Below are positions 45,753 through 56,745 of a stretch of 64,000 nucleotides of DNA, piece by piece. The position numbers and the translations under genes are program-made. The notes below the pieces were generated by a model. The model ran no database searches. It had not been told where the DNA came from and worked only from the letters and a program-made list of their open reading frames with translations. This DNA comes from an uncultured Gammaproteobacteria bacterium (GTDB lineage Bacteria; Patescibacteriota; Microgenomatia; Levybacterales; UBA12049). The stretch spans positions 21,230-85,229 of the forward strand of contig CAYQEE010000006.1 of assembly GCA_964416445.1 (NCBI GenBank), read 5' to 3'. Numbering within the stretch: position 1 is the first letter of the stretch; every line of letters begins with the position of its first letter.

Positions 45753-48136
45753 AACAAGAAACATACGCAGTTTTATATCATGCCTATAAGTCGCCTCTTG
45801 CTCGGTTTTTCCGAATTCTATTTGTCTTGCTAATGGTAGGTATTAGTGTTGCTTTTATTTTGATGCACTCGATACCTCGAGGTCCGCTATTCTTCTTATC
45901 AATCTTTTTTATGGCCGAAGTTATCTATCGATTCAAAATATTAAAAATTACTCCACTTATTTCGGTGAACGAAAATACGGGAAAAGATATGTATGCTTCC
46001 TTTACTATGCAAACGCTTGATGCATTCTTTTTTGCTCAAGATCCGCAAGGAGTATTAAAAAATCTTCTGAAAGCAACGAGTGTGCGGTTTATTTTACATA
46101 AAGCAAATATAACAGTTCATGAAATATCCTATGCAAATTTAACTAAAGAACAGATTGGGCAAAAAGCCCTTGAAGTCGTGAAACAAGTAAATGGGAAATT
46201 TGTTACCCGTATGGATCTCATTGCCGCTTGTCTATTACTGACGGAAACGCAAACTCGTTTGCTTTTTTCAAAACGATTGAAAGAAGAGGAATTTATGCAT
46301 ATTCTGTATTGGGCCCGCTCTGAATTTCCCCAAGAAGAAATGCCGGCAAGATCCCGAGTTACCTTTTATGGTGAAGGATTGTTTGATAGTTTTACCACAG
46401 GATGGTCCCTTGAAACTGCGAAATATACAGCTGATATTACGTATAAAGTTCTTGATGAGAAACCAATTCTTATTGGCAGAAGAAAAGAATTTGATCAAGC
46501 AGTTTCCATTCTCTCTCGTCTCTCAAAAGATAATGCATTGTTAGTTGGCGAACCGGGAGCAGGGAAGAGTTCCCTCGTTGATGCAATTGCTTTAGATAGC
46601 TATCTCGGCTACGTACAAGGTCCTCTCGCTCATAAACGTGTTTACGAATTGATGATTGGGTTACTTGTTGCTGGCGTAAAGGAAATGGGGGATCTTGAAT
46701 CAAGATTGCAAAATATCATTGAGGAAATTTCCCATGCTGGAAACGTTATTTTATATATTGCTGATTTAGAAAATATTCTCGGATCACAAACATTTCATTT
46801 AGACTTAACTGGCGTATTAATTCCTTATTTAAGGGGGAAACATGTTCCTGTTATTGCGACAATATCGGCGTCAGCATATCGGAATTTTGTGGAACCGATG
46901 GCAGCCTTTGCCGATTTGTTTGAAATTGTTCGTATTGACGAGTTAGGACGTGATGAAGCTATTCAAATGTTGCTTGAAAAAGCAAGTGAAATCGAAGATA
47001 AAAATCGAGTAACGATTACGTTTAAAGCAATTATTGCTGCGGTCGATTTAAGTCATAGATATTTACAAAATAAAGTATTACCGGGAAGCGCAGTCTCATT
47101 ATTAGACGCTGCAGCTGCAATGAAAAGTGGGAAAAATGCTATTGTTGATGAAACAGATGTTATTGCTAAAATCGAAGAAAAAACGCATGTTGCCATAGCT
47201 ACTCCAGGAGAGAAGGAAAAAAGTCTCTTACTCCATTTAGAAGATAAACTTCACGAACGAATTGTTGATCAAGTAGAAGCTGTAAATGCCATAGCAGAAG
47301 CGTTACGGAGATTACGATCAGGTATCACGTCACAGAATAGACCAATTTCGTTTCTTTTTTTAGGGCCTACGGGAGTTGGAAAAACAGAAACTGCGAAAGC
47401 GTTAGCGGCCGTATATTTTGGCGGAGAAGATAAAATTGTTCGATTAGATATGAGTGAATATACGAGTAGTGATTCAATCAATCGGTTACTCGGTTCGGCA
47501 CCAGGGGGAGGAACCGAAAAAGGAGAACTTACCGAAAAAGTCTATGAGAATCCATTCTCCTTGGTACTTCTTGACGAATTTGAAAAAGCACATCTTGAAA
47601 TCTTGGATTTATTTTTACAAGTCCTCGAAGATGGACGATTAACTGATAATCATGGAAAAACCGTTTCCTTTGCAAATACCATCATTATTGCTACTTCTAA
47701 TGCTGGAGCTCTCTATATTCAAGATGAATTACATCAAGGAAAAAAAGTTGATAAGGAGTTTAAAGCGTCACTGCTTCAAGAAGTTGAAAAAGAGCATTTA
47801 TTCAAACCTGAATTGTTAAATAGGTTTGATGACATTATTGTCTTTGCGCCACTTGGACAACCAGAGATTCAAGCAATTGCGCAGTTATATTTGCAAAAAG
47901 TTATCAGTAAATTGAAAGAACAAGATATTGAAATTACTTTTGATCCACAGGTAGTTCAATTAGCTGCGCAAGAAGGATTTGATCCGCAATTTGGCGCTCG
48001 TCCTTTAAGACGGTTCATACAGGATAAAATTGAAGATGCAATTGCGCGCGCTATGCTTGAAGGAACAATTGGAAGAGGAATGGCAGTGAATGTCTCTCTT
48101 GATCCACAAGGAAACATTACTTTTATCCCAAAATAA
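45749..48136 (+). CDS. ClpA/B/C-like double AAA+ ATPase with N-terminal TM helices
   Basis: GEPGAGKS; GPTGVGKT, RLDMSEY, LLDEFEKAH, FGARPLRR. Confidence 0.9.
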   Translation: MKQETYAVLYHAYKSPLARFFRILFVLLMVGISVAFILMHSIPRGPLFFLSIFFMAEVIYRFKILKITPLISVNENTGKDMYASFTMQTLDAFFFAQDPQGVLKNLLKATSVRFILHKANITVHEISYANLTKEQIGQKALEVVKQVNGKFVTRMDLIAACLLLTETQTRLLFSKRLKEEEFMHILYWARSEFPQEEMPARSRVTFYGEGLFDSFTTGWSLETAKYTADITYKVLDEKPILIGRRKEFDQAVSILSRLSKDNALLVGEPGAGKSSLVDAIALDSYLGYVQGPLAHKRVYELMIGLLVAGVKEMGDLESRLQNIIEEISHAGNVILYIADLENILGSQTFHLDLTGVLIPYLRGKHVPVIATISASAYRNFVEPMAAFADLFEIVRIDELGRDEAIQMLLEKASEIEDKNRVTITFKAIIAAVDLSHRYLQNKVLPGSAVSLLDAAAAMKSGKNAIVDETDVIAKIEEKTHVAIATPGEKEKSLLLHLEDKLHERIVDQVEAVNAIAEALRRLRSGITSQNRPISFLFLGPTGVGKTETAKALAAVYFGGEDKIVRLDMSEYTSSDSINRLLGSAPGGGTEKGELTEKVYENPFSLVLLDEFEKAHLEILDLFLQVLEDGRLTDNHGKTVSFANTIIIATSNAGALYIQDELHQGKKVDKEFKASLLQEVEKEHLFKPELLNRFDDIIVFAPLGQPEIQAIAQLYLQKVISKLKEQDIEITFDPQVVQLAAQEGFDPQFGARPLRRFIQDKIEDAIARAMLEGTIGRGMAVNVSLDPQGNITFIPK

Positions 48137-48147
48137 GCAATATTCTG

Positions 48148-48669
48148 TTAGAGATTATCAAGTTCGTAGTTGCAAAATACTGTCCCCTGCGTCCCACTTC
48201 CGGCACATTGAGTTGTTGGAATGCCATTTGTACAAATACTTGCACATGATGAGGCACATTGTGAACCTATGGTACAGGCTTCGGAATCTTGGGAACCCCG
48301 TTCAAGAGATGCGTAGAGTGCGTATTGGCTACCTGTACTATAATAAACGTATTTTCTTTCGCTGCTCTCTATTGGTAAGATATTAATATATGGTGGCCAA
48401 GGAGATCCCCAAGGAATAACTTTATTTGCATCTTCGTCTTTAATTTCATATTGATTATTCATAGGAGGATAATGGCCATGGGTATTGCGATAGAGTTCAA
48501 GAGCTATTTGGATCTGTTTTAAATCAGTTTTTCTTTTCGAGTCATGTGCTTTTTGTAATTGACCGAGGGGATTAATCAGGAGAATTAAAACAACACTCAA
48601 AGTTCCAATTACCCCAATTACGACAAGTAATTCGAGTAAGGTAAAACCATAGGATCTATTACTCTTCAT
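48148..48669 (-). CDS. Type IV pilin / GspG-like prepilin
   Basis: GFTLLELLVVIGVIG, D.KRKTDLKQIQIALELY; Cys-rich C-terminus. Confidence 0.9.
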   Translation of the reverse strand: MKSNRSYGFTLLELLVVIGVIGTLSVVLILLINPLGQLQKAHDSKRKTDLKQIQIALELYRNTHGHYPPMNNQYEIKDEDANKVIPWGSPWPPYINILPIESSERKYVYYSTGSQYALYASLERGSQDSEACTIGSQCASSCASICTNGIPTTQCAGSGTQGTVFCNYELDNL

Positions 48670-48801
48670 AGGTAATATGCTTTTTATTAGTATAGCATGC
48701 TTCGTAAGTGTTATTTCTCGGTTATTTATCGAATAGGCCACCTAGGCGGGATTTGTTTCCGTATTGAAGCAAATTCGCTAATCTGGTATACTTATTCCAC
48801 T

Positions 48802-49815
48802 ATGCCAGCAATTCAAAGAAGTGAATTTTATCTAGCTCTCAATCAAGTAGCTACCGAACGAGGCGTTTCCGTTGATGTTGTACTAGAAAGTGTAAAAAAT
48901 GCTATTCTAGCTGCATACCGGAAAGATCATCCAGATGTTATTATCGAAGAATATGCGGTGACCTTAAATCCAAATACTGGGGAAGCACGAGTATTACACA
49001 ATGATCAAGATGTTACTCCTCCAGGTTTTGGAAGAATTGCTGCACAAACTGCAAAGCAAGTCATTTTACAAAAAGTACGAGAAGAAGAAAAACAAGTTAT
49101 TTTGAATGATTATAAACTCAGAATAGGAACAATTATGAATGGCATGATACTTCGCTTTTCAGGTCCTAATATTATTGTGGACGTTGGAAAAACAGAAGCT
49201 ATTATGCCTCCTCATGAACAAATTCAATATGAAAAATATCATGTAAATCAACGTTTGTCAGTTTATCTTGTTGAAATTCGTGAAGGTACACGAGGCCAAG
49301 AACTGATCGTTTCTCGAGCAAGTAATGGATTACTCGAAGGTCTTTTTCGAAGAGAAGTTCCTGAAATTGCTCAGGGGAATGTCATTATTAAAAAAATAGC
49401 TCGGGAACCAGGAATACGATCAAAAATTGCAGTTGAGGCAACTACTTCAGGAATTGACCCAGTTGGCAGTTGTGTGGGGCAAAAGGGGGTTCGGGTACAA
49501 GCAGTAATTCAAGAATTTGGCGGTATTGAAAAAATTGATGTTATTCCTTGGCAAGAGAATGAAGAAGAATTTATAGCGCTTTCATTATCTCCAGCAAAGA
49601 ACATTCAAGTCACCTTAGACAAAGAGAGTAAAGTTGCGAGTGTAGCTGTTGCAAAAGACGAGCTTTCTGCAGCTATTGGGAAAGATGGCCAGAATGTTAA
49701 ATTAGCTTCAGAATTAACCGGCTATAAAATTGAGATTAATGAAGCAAAAGACGACAGTGCAGCGCCTTCAGATGTACCCTCTTCAGAAACGCCAGAATCA
49801 ACAGAAACTGCGTAA
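48802..49815 (+). CDS. nusA: Transcription factor NusA
   Basis: FGRIAAQTAKQVI, AREPG.RSKIAV, AIGKDGQNV. Confidence 0.97.
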   Translation: MPAIQRSEFYLALNQVATERGVSVDVVLESVKNAILAAYRKDHPDVIIEEYAVTLNPNTGEARVLHNDQDVTPPGFGRIAAQTAKQVILQKVREEEKQVILNDYKLRIGTIMNGMILRFSGPNIIVDVGKTEAIMPPHEQIQYEKYHVNQRLSVYLVEIREGTRGQELIVSRASNGLLEGLFRREVPEIAQGNVIIKKIAREPGIRSKIAVEATTSGIDPVGSCVGQKGVRVQAVIQEFGGIEKIDVIPWQENEEEFIALSLSPAKNIQVTLDKESKVASVAVAKDELSAAIGKDGQNVKLASELTGYKIEINEAKDDSAAPSDVPSSETPESTETA

Positions 49816-49867
49816 TTCAGAGATCCCTTGCCTAGTAAAGCGTAGTCTAAGCTGATAAGATATATAT

Positions 49868-51310
49868 ATGAGTGATAAAAAACACAATACATCGCAAACC
49901 AAGTTTTTCCCGCCGGTTGTCTCCGTGCTTGGCCATGTAGATCATGGTAAAACCACGTTACTTGACGCAATTCGAAAGTCAAATATTGCTGCAAGAGAAC
50001 ACGGAGGAATTACCCAAAAAATCGGTGCATCAACGGTGGAAGTACTCCATGATGGTCAAAAAAGGAAAATTACCTTTATTGATACTCCTGGGCATGAGGC
50101 TTTTTCAAAAATGAGGAGTAGAGGTTCGCAAGCAGCTGATATCGGATTGCTCATTGTCTCTTCCGTCGATGGTGTTATGCCTCAAACGAAGGAATCTATC
50201 CAACTTTTGCAGCAGTCTCATGTGCCATTTATTGTTGTCCTGACAAAAGCAGACGTAGAAGGTAAAAATCCAGAAAAAGTGAAACAGCAATTGATACGGG
50301 AAAACATTATATTGGAAGGTTATGGGGGTGATGTACCTGTTATAGAAGTTTCTGCTCGCACAGGACTGCATATTCCAGAGCTCTTAGATTTGATTCTTTT
50401 GATGTGGGAAATGAAATCATCTACAGCTTCGGAACATGAACCACTGAAAGCTATTGTTATCGAATCTCGGCTTGATACGAAAGCAGGACCTCGGGCGACA
50501 ATTGTTATTAAACAAGGCACAGTTCTAATCAAAGAAGAGCTTGTTACACAATCTACCGAAGGCAAAGTGCGTTCTTTGATAAGTGATACCGGAGCACCTA
50601 TTCAAAAAGCAAGTGTTGGTGAGGCAGTCGAAGTACTTGGGTTTGTAAAAGTACCCTCCGTAGGGGAACTTGTATATCAGAAAAAACATGCTTCCTTGGA
50701 AAAAAGTGTTCATGCCCCGCAAAGTCATCAAGCACCAGCAGAAGGGAAAACACTCTCTCTCTTTCTCTGTGCAGATACTCTTGGTTCTCTGGAAGCTATT
50801 ATGCATGCGTTACCTCCGGAAGTTCATTTAGTTGCGGAAAAAACGGGTGAAATTTCAGAAGGAGATATTTTACTTGCAAAGTCGACAAATGCGCTTGTTC
50901 TTACCTTTAATGTGAGATTACGACCAGATATTATTAAGTTTGCTACAACAGAAAAAGTAATTTTGAAGAACTATACCATAATCTATGAAATGCTTGATGA
51001 AATAACCCAAGTTATCGAAGGGAAAGCATTAGCCCTTATGGAACAGATTTTTGGAGTTGCAAGATTACTTGCTACGTTCCCTTTTGAAAAAACTATAGTC
51101 CTAGGAGTAGATGTCATAGATGGCAGAGTGGCACGCGGAGATAAAGTACGTGTGATGCGCGGAGAAACTTTGGTAGGCGAAAGCATGATTGTCTCGTTAA
51201 GACAAGGCAAAAATACCACTTCGAAAGTAGAAAAAGGACAAGAAGCAGGCTTGATAATATCTCCTGCACTTGACATTACTATAGGTGATATGATAGTATG
51301 CCATAGCTGA
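49868..51310 (+). CDS. infB: Translation initiation factor IF-2 (N-terminally minimal)
   Basis: GHVDHGKTTLLD, GGITQ, DTPGHEAF. Confidence 0.96.
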   Translation: MSDKKHNTSQTKFFPPVVSVLGHVDHGKTTLLDAIRKSNIAAREHGGITQKIGASTVEVLHDGQKRKITFIDTPGHEAFSKMRSRGSQAADIGLLIVSSVDGVMPQTKESIQLLQQSHVPFIVVLTKADVEGKNPEKVKQQLIRENIILEGYGGDVPVIEVSARTGLHIPELLDLILLMWEMKSSTASEHEPLKAIVIESRLDTKAGPRATIVIKQGTVLIKEELVTQSTEGKVRSLISDTGAPIQKASVGEAVEVLGFVKVPSVGELVYQKKHASLEKSVHAPQSHQAPAEGKTLSLFLCADTLGSLEAIMHALPPEVHLVAEKTGEISEGDILLAKSTNALVLTFNVRLRPDIIKFATTEKVILKNYTIIYEMLDEITQVIEGKALALMEQIFGVARLLATFPFEKTIVLGVDVIDGRVARGDKVRVMRGETLVGESMIVSLRQGKNTTSKVEKGQEAGLIISPALDITIGDMIVCHS

Positions 51311-51311
51311 T

Positions 51312-52322
51312 ATGGATAATGCTACATTTCAACGCATTAAAGATTTAATTCTCAAACACCAAGACATTGGTATCGTCGTAGGTCCAAACCCAGGTTTTGA
51401 TGAAATGGCCGCAGGGTTAGGCTTATATTTGAGTGTTAAACAAATGGGTAAAAATGTCGTTATTGCTTGTCCTACAGATCCACTTGTAGCTGTCTCTTCA
51501 TTAGTTGGTATTGATAAAGTGCAAAAATCACTTGGTGGAGAAGGTGGAGATTTAACAGTATCATTTCCCTATCAAGAGGGAGAAATAGAAAAAGTTTCGT
51601 ATACGTTAGATAATGGATTTCTTAATATTGTCGTGAAAGCAGGAGAACGAGGTCTTTCCTTCAATCAAAAAGATATTCAATTTAAACGAAGTGGAAAAGC
51701 ACCAAGCTTGTTATTTTTTGTCGGAATTCCACGATTATCAGATGTCGCTGCTTTATATAAACCAGACGGATCACAACAGACTGAAATCATTAATATTGAT
51801 AATAAACAATATAATGAGAAATATGGGGATATTATTGTTGTTGACCAAAAGTGGTCATCAGTTAGTGAACAAATTGCTGATTTTGTTACCTTACTCGAAC
51901 CTCAAATTGAATTAGATACCGATACAGCACAAAACTTACTCAATGGTATCGATTATGCTACCGAAGATTTCAAAAGTCCTCGAACTAGTTATTTAGCCTT
52001 TGAAGTTGCAGGAATTTTAATGAAAAAAGGTGCAACTCGACAACGTGCCCAATCAATCGGAGTTAATATGAATAATTCATATCAAAACAGTAATTCATTC
52101 TTCCCTCCAATTCCACCAGCTCAACCACAGCCAATACAGCCAATACAACCAGTGCAACCGTTACAACCTATGCAATCACAATCACAGCAAATGCCACAAC
52201 AACCTGCGGTAAATCAACAGTCTCAACCAACGCAACAAGCACCAAAACAACCCAGTACACAACAGCAAACACCTCCCGATTGGTTAACGCCGAAAGTCTA
52301 TAAAGGTTCAACGGTCCTGTAA
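51312..52322 (+). CDS. DHH/NrnA-like protein with degenerate active site and Q/P-rich tail
   Basis: Position after infB; NPGFD..AAGLGL; INIDNK in place of IDHH. Confidence 0.7.
   Translation: MDNATFQRIKDLILKHQDIGIVVGPNPGFDEMAAGLGLYLSVKQMGKNVVIACPTDPLVAVSSLVGIDKVQKSLGGEGGDLTVSFPYQEGEIEKVSYTLDNGFLNIVVKAGERGLSFNQKDIQFKRSGKAPSLLFFVGIPRLSDVAALYKPDGSQQTEIINIDNKQYNEKYGDIIVVDQKWSSVSEQIADFVTLLEPQIELDTDTAQNLLNGIDYATEDFKSPRTSYLAFEVAGILMKKGATRQRAQSIGVNMNNSYQNSNSFFPPIPPAQPQPIQPIQPVQPLQPMQSQSQQMPQQPAVNQQSQPTQQAPKQPSTQQQTPPDWLTPKVYKGSTVL
52131..52175 (+). repeat. Five imperfect 9-bp tandem repeats (PxQ)
   Basis: CCAATACAG CCAATACAA CCAGTGCAA CCGTTACAA CCTATGCAA. Confidence 0.8.
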
Positions 52323-52427
52323 ATTCTCCAACAGCATTGTTGATAAGAAATAAGTTTTCATCTCTTTTCTTAGAATTAATTGTTTTATATCGTTGCGTCA
52401 AAAAGATAAAACTGGTATAATACCCTC

Positions 52428-52697
52428 ATGCCTTTATCAGCTACACAAAAAAAACAGATTATTGAGGAGTTCCAAACCGTTAAAGGAGATACAGGAAGTC
52501 CAGAAGTACAAATTGCATTACTCACCTATCGAATTAATGCGCTGACTGATCATTTGAAATCGCATGCCCATGATGTACACAGTAGACGGGGACTTTTATC
52601 AATGATTGCAAAACGAAGAAGACTCATTTACTTTTTGCAAAAAACAGATAAGAAACGAGCCACAACGATTGTAAAAAAGATTGGATTAAAGAACTAA
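52428..52697 (+). CDS. rpsO: 30S ribosomal protein S15
   Basis: DTGSPEVQIALLT, D.HSRRGL. Confidence 0.98.
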   Translation: MPLSATQKKQIIEEFQTVKGDTGSPEVQIALLTYRINALTDHLKSHAHDVHSRRGLLSMIAKRRRLIYFLQKTDKKRATTIVKKIGLKN

Positions 52698-52701
52698 ACT
52701 A

Positions 52702-54960
52702 ATGAAACAAACCTCCCTTTCCATTGACGTCGCAGGAAAAAAGCTTACCCTCGAAACCGGTCGACTCGCAAATCAAGCAACAAGTTCCGTTCTTGCACGT
52801 ATGGGTGATACTATGGTGTTAGCAACAATTGTCGCATCACGAAAAGAAACAACATTAGATTATTTTCCATTAAGTGTTGAGTATGTTGAGCGTCTCTATG
52901 CAGGTGGACGTATTAAAGGAAGTCGTTGGGTAAAACGAGAAGGTCGACCAACGGATAACGCTATTTTAACAGGAAGGCTTATTGATCGTTCTATCCGCCC
53001 TTTATTTCCTAAAGAATTTAAAAATGATGTTCAAGTTGTGGTAACGGTATTATCAGTTGATGGAGAAAATGAGCCAGATATTTTATCGATCATTGCTGTC
53101 TCAGCTGCATTAGCAAGTTCGTCAATTCCTTGGAATGGACCAATTGGCGCAATTCGTATAGGCTATGTTACTGAACCAGAAACAGGCAAAGGTGAATTTC
53201 TTATTAATCCCGGCGGTGCTGAGCTTGCCTTATCAGAGCTGGATATGGTGGTTTCTCAGACAAAAGAAAAAACGATTATGATCGAAGCGGGTGCTTTACA
53301 AACTCCTGAATCAGTTGCCCTTGAAGCGGTCAAAAAAGGTCATGAACATACACAACAAATTATTGCTTTCATTGAGAAATTTGTAAAAGAAGCTGGTAGG
53401 GAAAAAATGCCGGTAAAAACAGATTCTGTTTTACTGGAATATGTTGCAAAAATTGAAAAATCATATAAAGCAGATGTCACAAGACTTATTGAACTTCGCG
53501 CAGCCAACGAAGGTGGAGGCTCAGCAGACCAAGATGCAGTTATTGAAAAAATCTATAATGATGAACAGATTGGAAATCCAGGAGTTAATATAGATAAAAA
53601 AATCCTTGCGAAAGCATTAGAGAAAGTATTCTTTAAAATGATTCGGGATAATATTCTGAAAAAAGGGAAACGTCCTGATGGAAGAAAAATTGATGAAATT
53701 CGTCCAATCTCAGTAGAAGTTGGTGTATTACCTCGTACCCATGGATCAGCAATCTTTCAACGAGGAGATACCCAAGTTCTGAGTATTGCCACACTTGGAT
53801 CACCACGTATGGAACAATTGATCGAATCTGCTGAAGGAGAAGAAAAAAAACGGTATATCCATCATTATTCATTTCCTCCATACTCAGTTGGTGAGACAGG
53901 AAGAATTGGTTTTCTTTCTCGTCGTGAAATTGGTCATGGTGCACTTGCTGAACGAGCTTTAGAAGCGGTTATTCCAACACCGGATGTATTTCCTTACACC
54001 ATTCGTATTGTTTCAGAAGTCTTATCATCAAATGGTTCAACCTCTATGGCATCAACATGCGGTTCCACACTTGCTCTTATGGATGCAGGAGTACCTATCA
54101 CTAAGCCAGTTGCCGGTATTGCTATGGGATTGGTCAGTACAGACGATAAATATGTTATTTTGACAGATATTTTAGGTCTTGAAGATTTCTCGGGAGATAT
54201 GGATTTTAAAGTAACCGGAACAGATACTGGGATGACTGCAATTCAATTAGATGTAAAGATCCCTGGACTAACAGTTGAGCAAATTGCAGAAGTATTTGAA
54301 CGAGCAAAAACAGCACGACTTTTTATTCTTGATAAAATGGCTCAAGTAATTCCTGATGCTCGAACAGAAGTTTCTGAATACGCTCCAAAAATTACTATGT
54401 TGAAAATACCAGTTGAAAAAATTGGTGAAGTCATTGGTCCAGGGGGGAAAGTTATTAAAAATATTATTGCGACAACAGGAGCTACCGTTGATGTTGAAGA
54501 TGATGGCTCAGTAAGTATTTCAGGAATTTCAGAAGATCAAGTGAAGCAAGCAGTAAACTGGGTACAAGGATTAACTCGCGAAGTAACTGTGGGTGAAGAA
54601 TTTGATCAAGCAGAAGTAAAACGAATTCTTCCATTTGGTGCATTTGTTGAGTTTCTTCCAGGAAAAGAAGGTATGGTGCATGTATCTCAAATGTCCACGC
54701 AATTTGTGAAAGATCCAAACGATTTTGTACATATCGGACAAAAAGTTAAAGTCCGAGTAATGGAAATTGATCAACAAGGAAGAGTTAACCTTTCCATGTT
54801 ATTTGGTGATGATGCAAAAAAAGAGTTTAGAGGTGGAGGAGATCGTGGAGACAGAGGTGGCAATCGAGGGGAAAGATCACAAAGTTTTGGAAATAAACCG
54901 CAACATCCACTTGCTCGACAATTTCAACGTGAACGAAAAGAACAACGGAATCGATATTAA
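52702..54960 (+). CDS. pnp: Polyribonucleotide nucleotidyltransferase
   Basis: RREIGHG, SNGSTSMAS, GDMDFK, KH and S1 domains. Confidence 0.98.
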   Translation: MKQTSLSIDVAGKKLTLETGRLANQATSSVLARMGDTMVLATIVASRKETTLDYFPLSVEYVERLYAGGRIKGSRWVKREGRPTDNAILTGRLIDRSIRPLFPKEFKNDVQVVVTVLSVDGENEPDILSIIAVSAALASSSIPWNGPIGAIRIGYVTEPETGKGEFLINPGGAELALSELDMVVSQTKEKTIMIEAGALQTPESVALEAVKKGHEHTQQIIAFIEKFVKEAGREKMPVKTDSVLLEYVAKIEKSYKADVTRLIELRAANEGGGSADQDAVIEKIYNDEQIGNPGVNIDKKILAKALEKVFFKMIRDNILKKGKRPDGRKIDEIRPISVEVGVLPRTHGSAIFQRGDTQVLSIATLGSPRMEQLIESAEGEEKKRYIHHYSFPPYSVGETGRIGFLSRREIGHGALAERALEAVIPTPDVFPYTIRIVSEVLSSNGSTSMASTCGSTLALMDAGVPITKPVAGIAMGLVSTDDKYVILTDILGLEDFSGDMDFKVTGTDTGMTAIQLDVKIPGLTVEQIAEVFERAKTARLFILDKMAQVIPDARTEVSEYAPKITMLKIPVEKIGEVIGPGGKVIKNIIATTGATVDVEDDGSVSISGISEDQVKQAVNWVQGLTREVTVGEEFDQAEVKRILPFGAFVEFLPGKEGMVHVSQMSTQFVKDPNDFVHIGQKVKVRVMEIDQQGRVNLSMLFGDDAKKEFRGGGDRGDRGGNRGERSQSFGNKPQHPLARQFQRERKEQRNRY

Positions 54961-55005
54961 TTTTCTTGTTTGACGAATTTATTAAAAAACCTCATACTAT
55001 AACAC

Positions 55006-56667
55006 ATGGATAAGCAACTATCATTTATTTCTCTTGGTGGAATTGGTAGCGTTACTCGTAATATGTATGTTTATGAATACGGTAACGAAATTCTTCTTGT
55101 TGATTGCGGGCTAGGTTTTGCAGACGAAACCATGCTTGGGGTAGACTTTTTATTACCCGATATTACCTACTTACTCAAAGCAGTCAAAGAGGGAAAGAAA
55201 ATAGTTGGTATGCTTATTACTCATGGTCATGAAGATCACATGGGAGCATTACCGTTTATTCTTCCACAATTGCCAGAATTTCCTATCTATGCTTCTGCAT
55301 TTACTGCAGCATTAGCAAATGAAAAACTTGCCCAATTTAATTTACCGAAAGTGATTCAACAATATCCCTTTCGAAAAGAAATAGTTATCGGAAATTTTAT
55401 TGGAAAATTTTTATATGTTACACATTCAATCCCTGATACTGCTCATATTGTTATCAAAACTCCCGTTGGAATTTTTTATCATGGAAGTGATTTTAAATTT
55501 GATCTCACCCCGTTTGATAAAAAACAAACAGATTTTCAAGGTATTGGTGCAATTGGAGCAGAAGGTGTTCGTTGTTTGCTCTCTGAATGTTTAGGCTCTG
55601 AACGAGAAGGATATACGTTATCAGAAGCTAGTTTGCAGACTCCCTTTGAGGATGAAATGCGTAACTGTCGAGGAAAGTTTATTGTTACGACTTATTCTTC
55701 AAATATCTCGCGAATTAATCAAATTGCTTCCATTGCTCGGAAATTACATCGCAAAGTTGGTTTTGTGGGCAGGTCACTGATGAAAGCAGTCGGAGTTGCT
55801 CGAGAACAAAATTTATTGATGGTAAAAAAAGAGGAAGAGATATCTATTGAAAATTTACGACAATTTAAAGATTCAGACCTTGTCTTATTTGTTGCAGGTA
55901 GTCAAGGACAAGAGAATTCATCATTAACCAGAATTATTAATGGAGAACATAAAAATGTCCAATTACATGGAGATGATGTTATCGTTTTCTCTGCTGATCC
56001 AATTCCAGGAAATGAAATGTCTATTTATGCGTTAGTTGATAATCTTTCAAAAATGGGAATACGAGTGCTTTACTCCGATATCTCTAATCATAAATTTCAT
56101 GTGTCGGGACATGGATCCTCACAAGAGCTCCTCCAACTTATGGCACTCTTAAAACCACAGAACCTCCTTCCTATTAGCGGTACGTTCCGACAAATGGCTG
56201 CATATAAACGGTTAGCGAAACGATATGGATATCACGAAAGAGATATTCTTGTCCCTTTAAGTGGTCAACAAGTTATTTTTACGAAAGATAGTACCTATTT
56301 CGGGCAAAAATTGCCAATAAAACATGTCTATGTTGATGAGGTGAGCGGTGAAGAAATTGAGCAATTTGTTTTACGAGATCGACAAAAAATTTCTCAAGAA
56401 GGAGTTGTTGCCGTTATTATTGAAGTTGATGAAGAAAGTGGATCATTTGCTGGTAAGCCTGAAGTAGTTGCAAAAGGATTTGCCATGAAAGATGCACAAA
56501 ATATTGAGTTACTTATTCCCCAAGTTTTAGAACGTGTGTTTTCTAATCCTAAACCAGTAACGGACTGGCAATATCTTCGAAAGCAAGTTCGTGAAGCTGT
56601 TGAGAAAAAACTTTTCGCTGAATTTAAAAGACGTCCACTTGTTTTACCAGTAATTATTGAAATATAA
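55006..56667 (+). CDS. rnj: Ribonuclease J
   Basis: THGHEDHMG, HSIPD, HVSGHG. Confidence 0.95.
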   Translation: MDKQLSFISLGGIGSVTRNMYVYEYGNEILLVDCGLGFADETMLGVDFLLPDITYLLKAVKEGKKIVGMLITHGHEDHMGALPFILPQLPEFPIYASAFTAALANEKLAQFNLPKVIQQYPFRKEIVIGNFIGKFLYVTHSIPDTAHIVIKTPVGIFYHGSDFKFDLTPFDKKQTDFQGIGAIGAEGVRCLLSECLGSEREGYTLSEASLQTPFEDEMRNCRGKFIVTTYSSNISRINQIASIARKLHRKVGFVGRSLMKAVGVAREQNLLMVKKEEEISIENLRQFKDSDLVLFVAGSQGQENSSLTRIINGEHKNVQLHGDDVIVFSADPIPGNEMSIYALVDNLSKMGIRVLYSDISNHKFHVSGHGSSQELLQLMALLKPQNLLPISGTFRQMAAYKRLAKRYGYHERDILVPLSGQQVIFTKDSTYFGQKLPIKHVYVDEVSGEEIEQFVLRDRQKISQEGVVAVIIEVDEESGSFAGKPEVVAKGFAMKDAQNIELLIPQVLERVFSNPKPVTDWQYLRKQVREAVEKKLFAEFKRRPLVLPVIIEI

Positions 56668-56745
56668 CAATCTATTCATAGCTAAGATATTCGCCTGGGA
56701 ATAGTAGACAAGCGAAGAATGGTGTTATACTATAGTAATCTGCCT

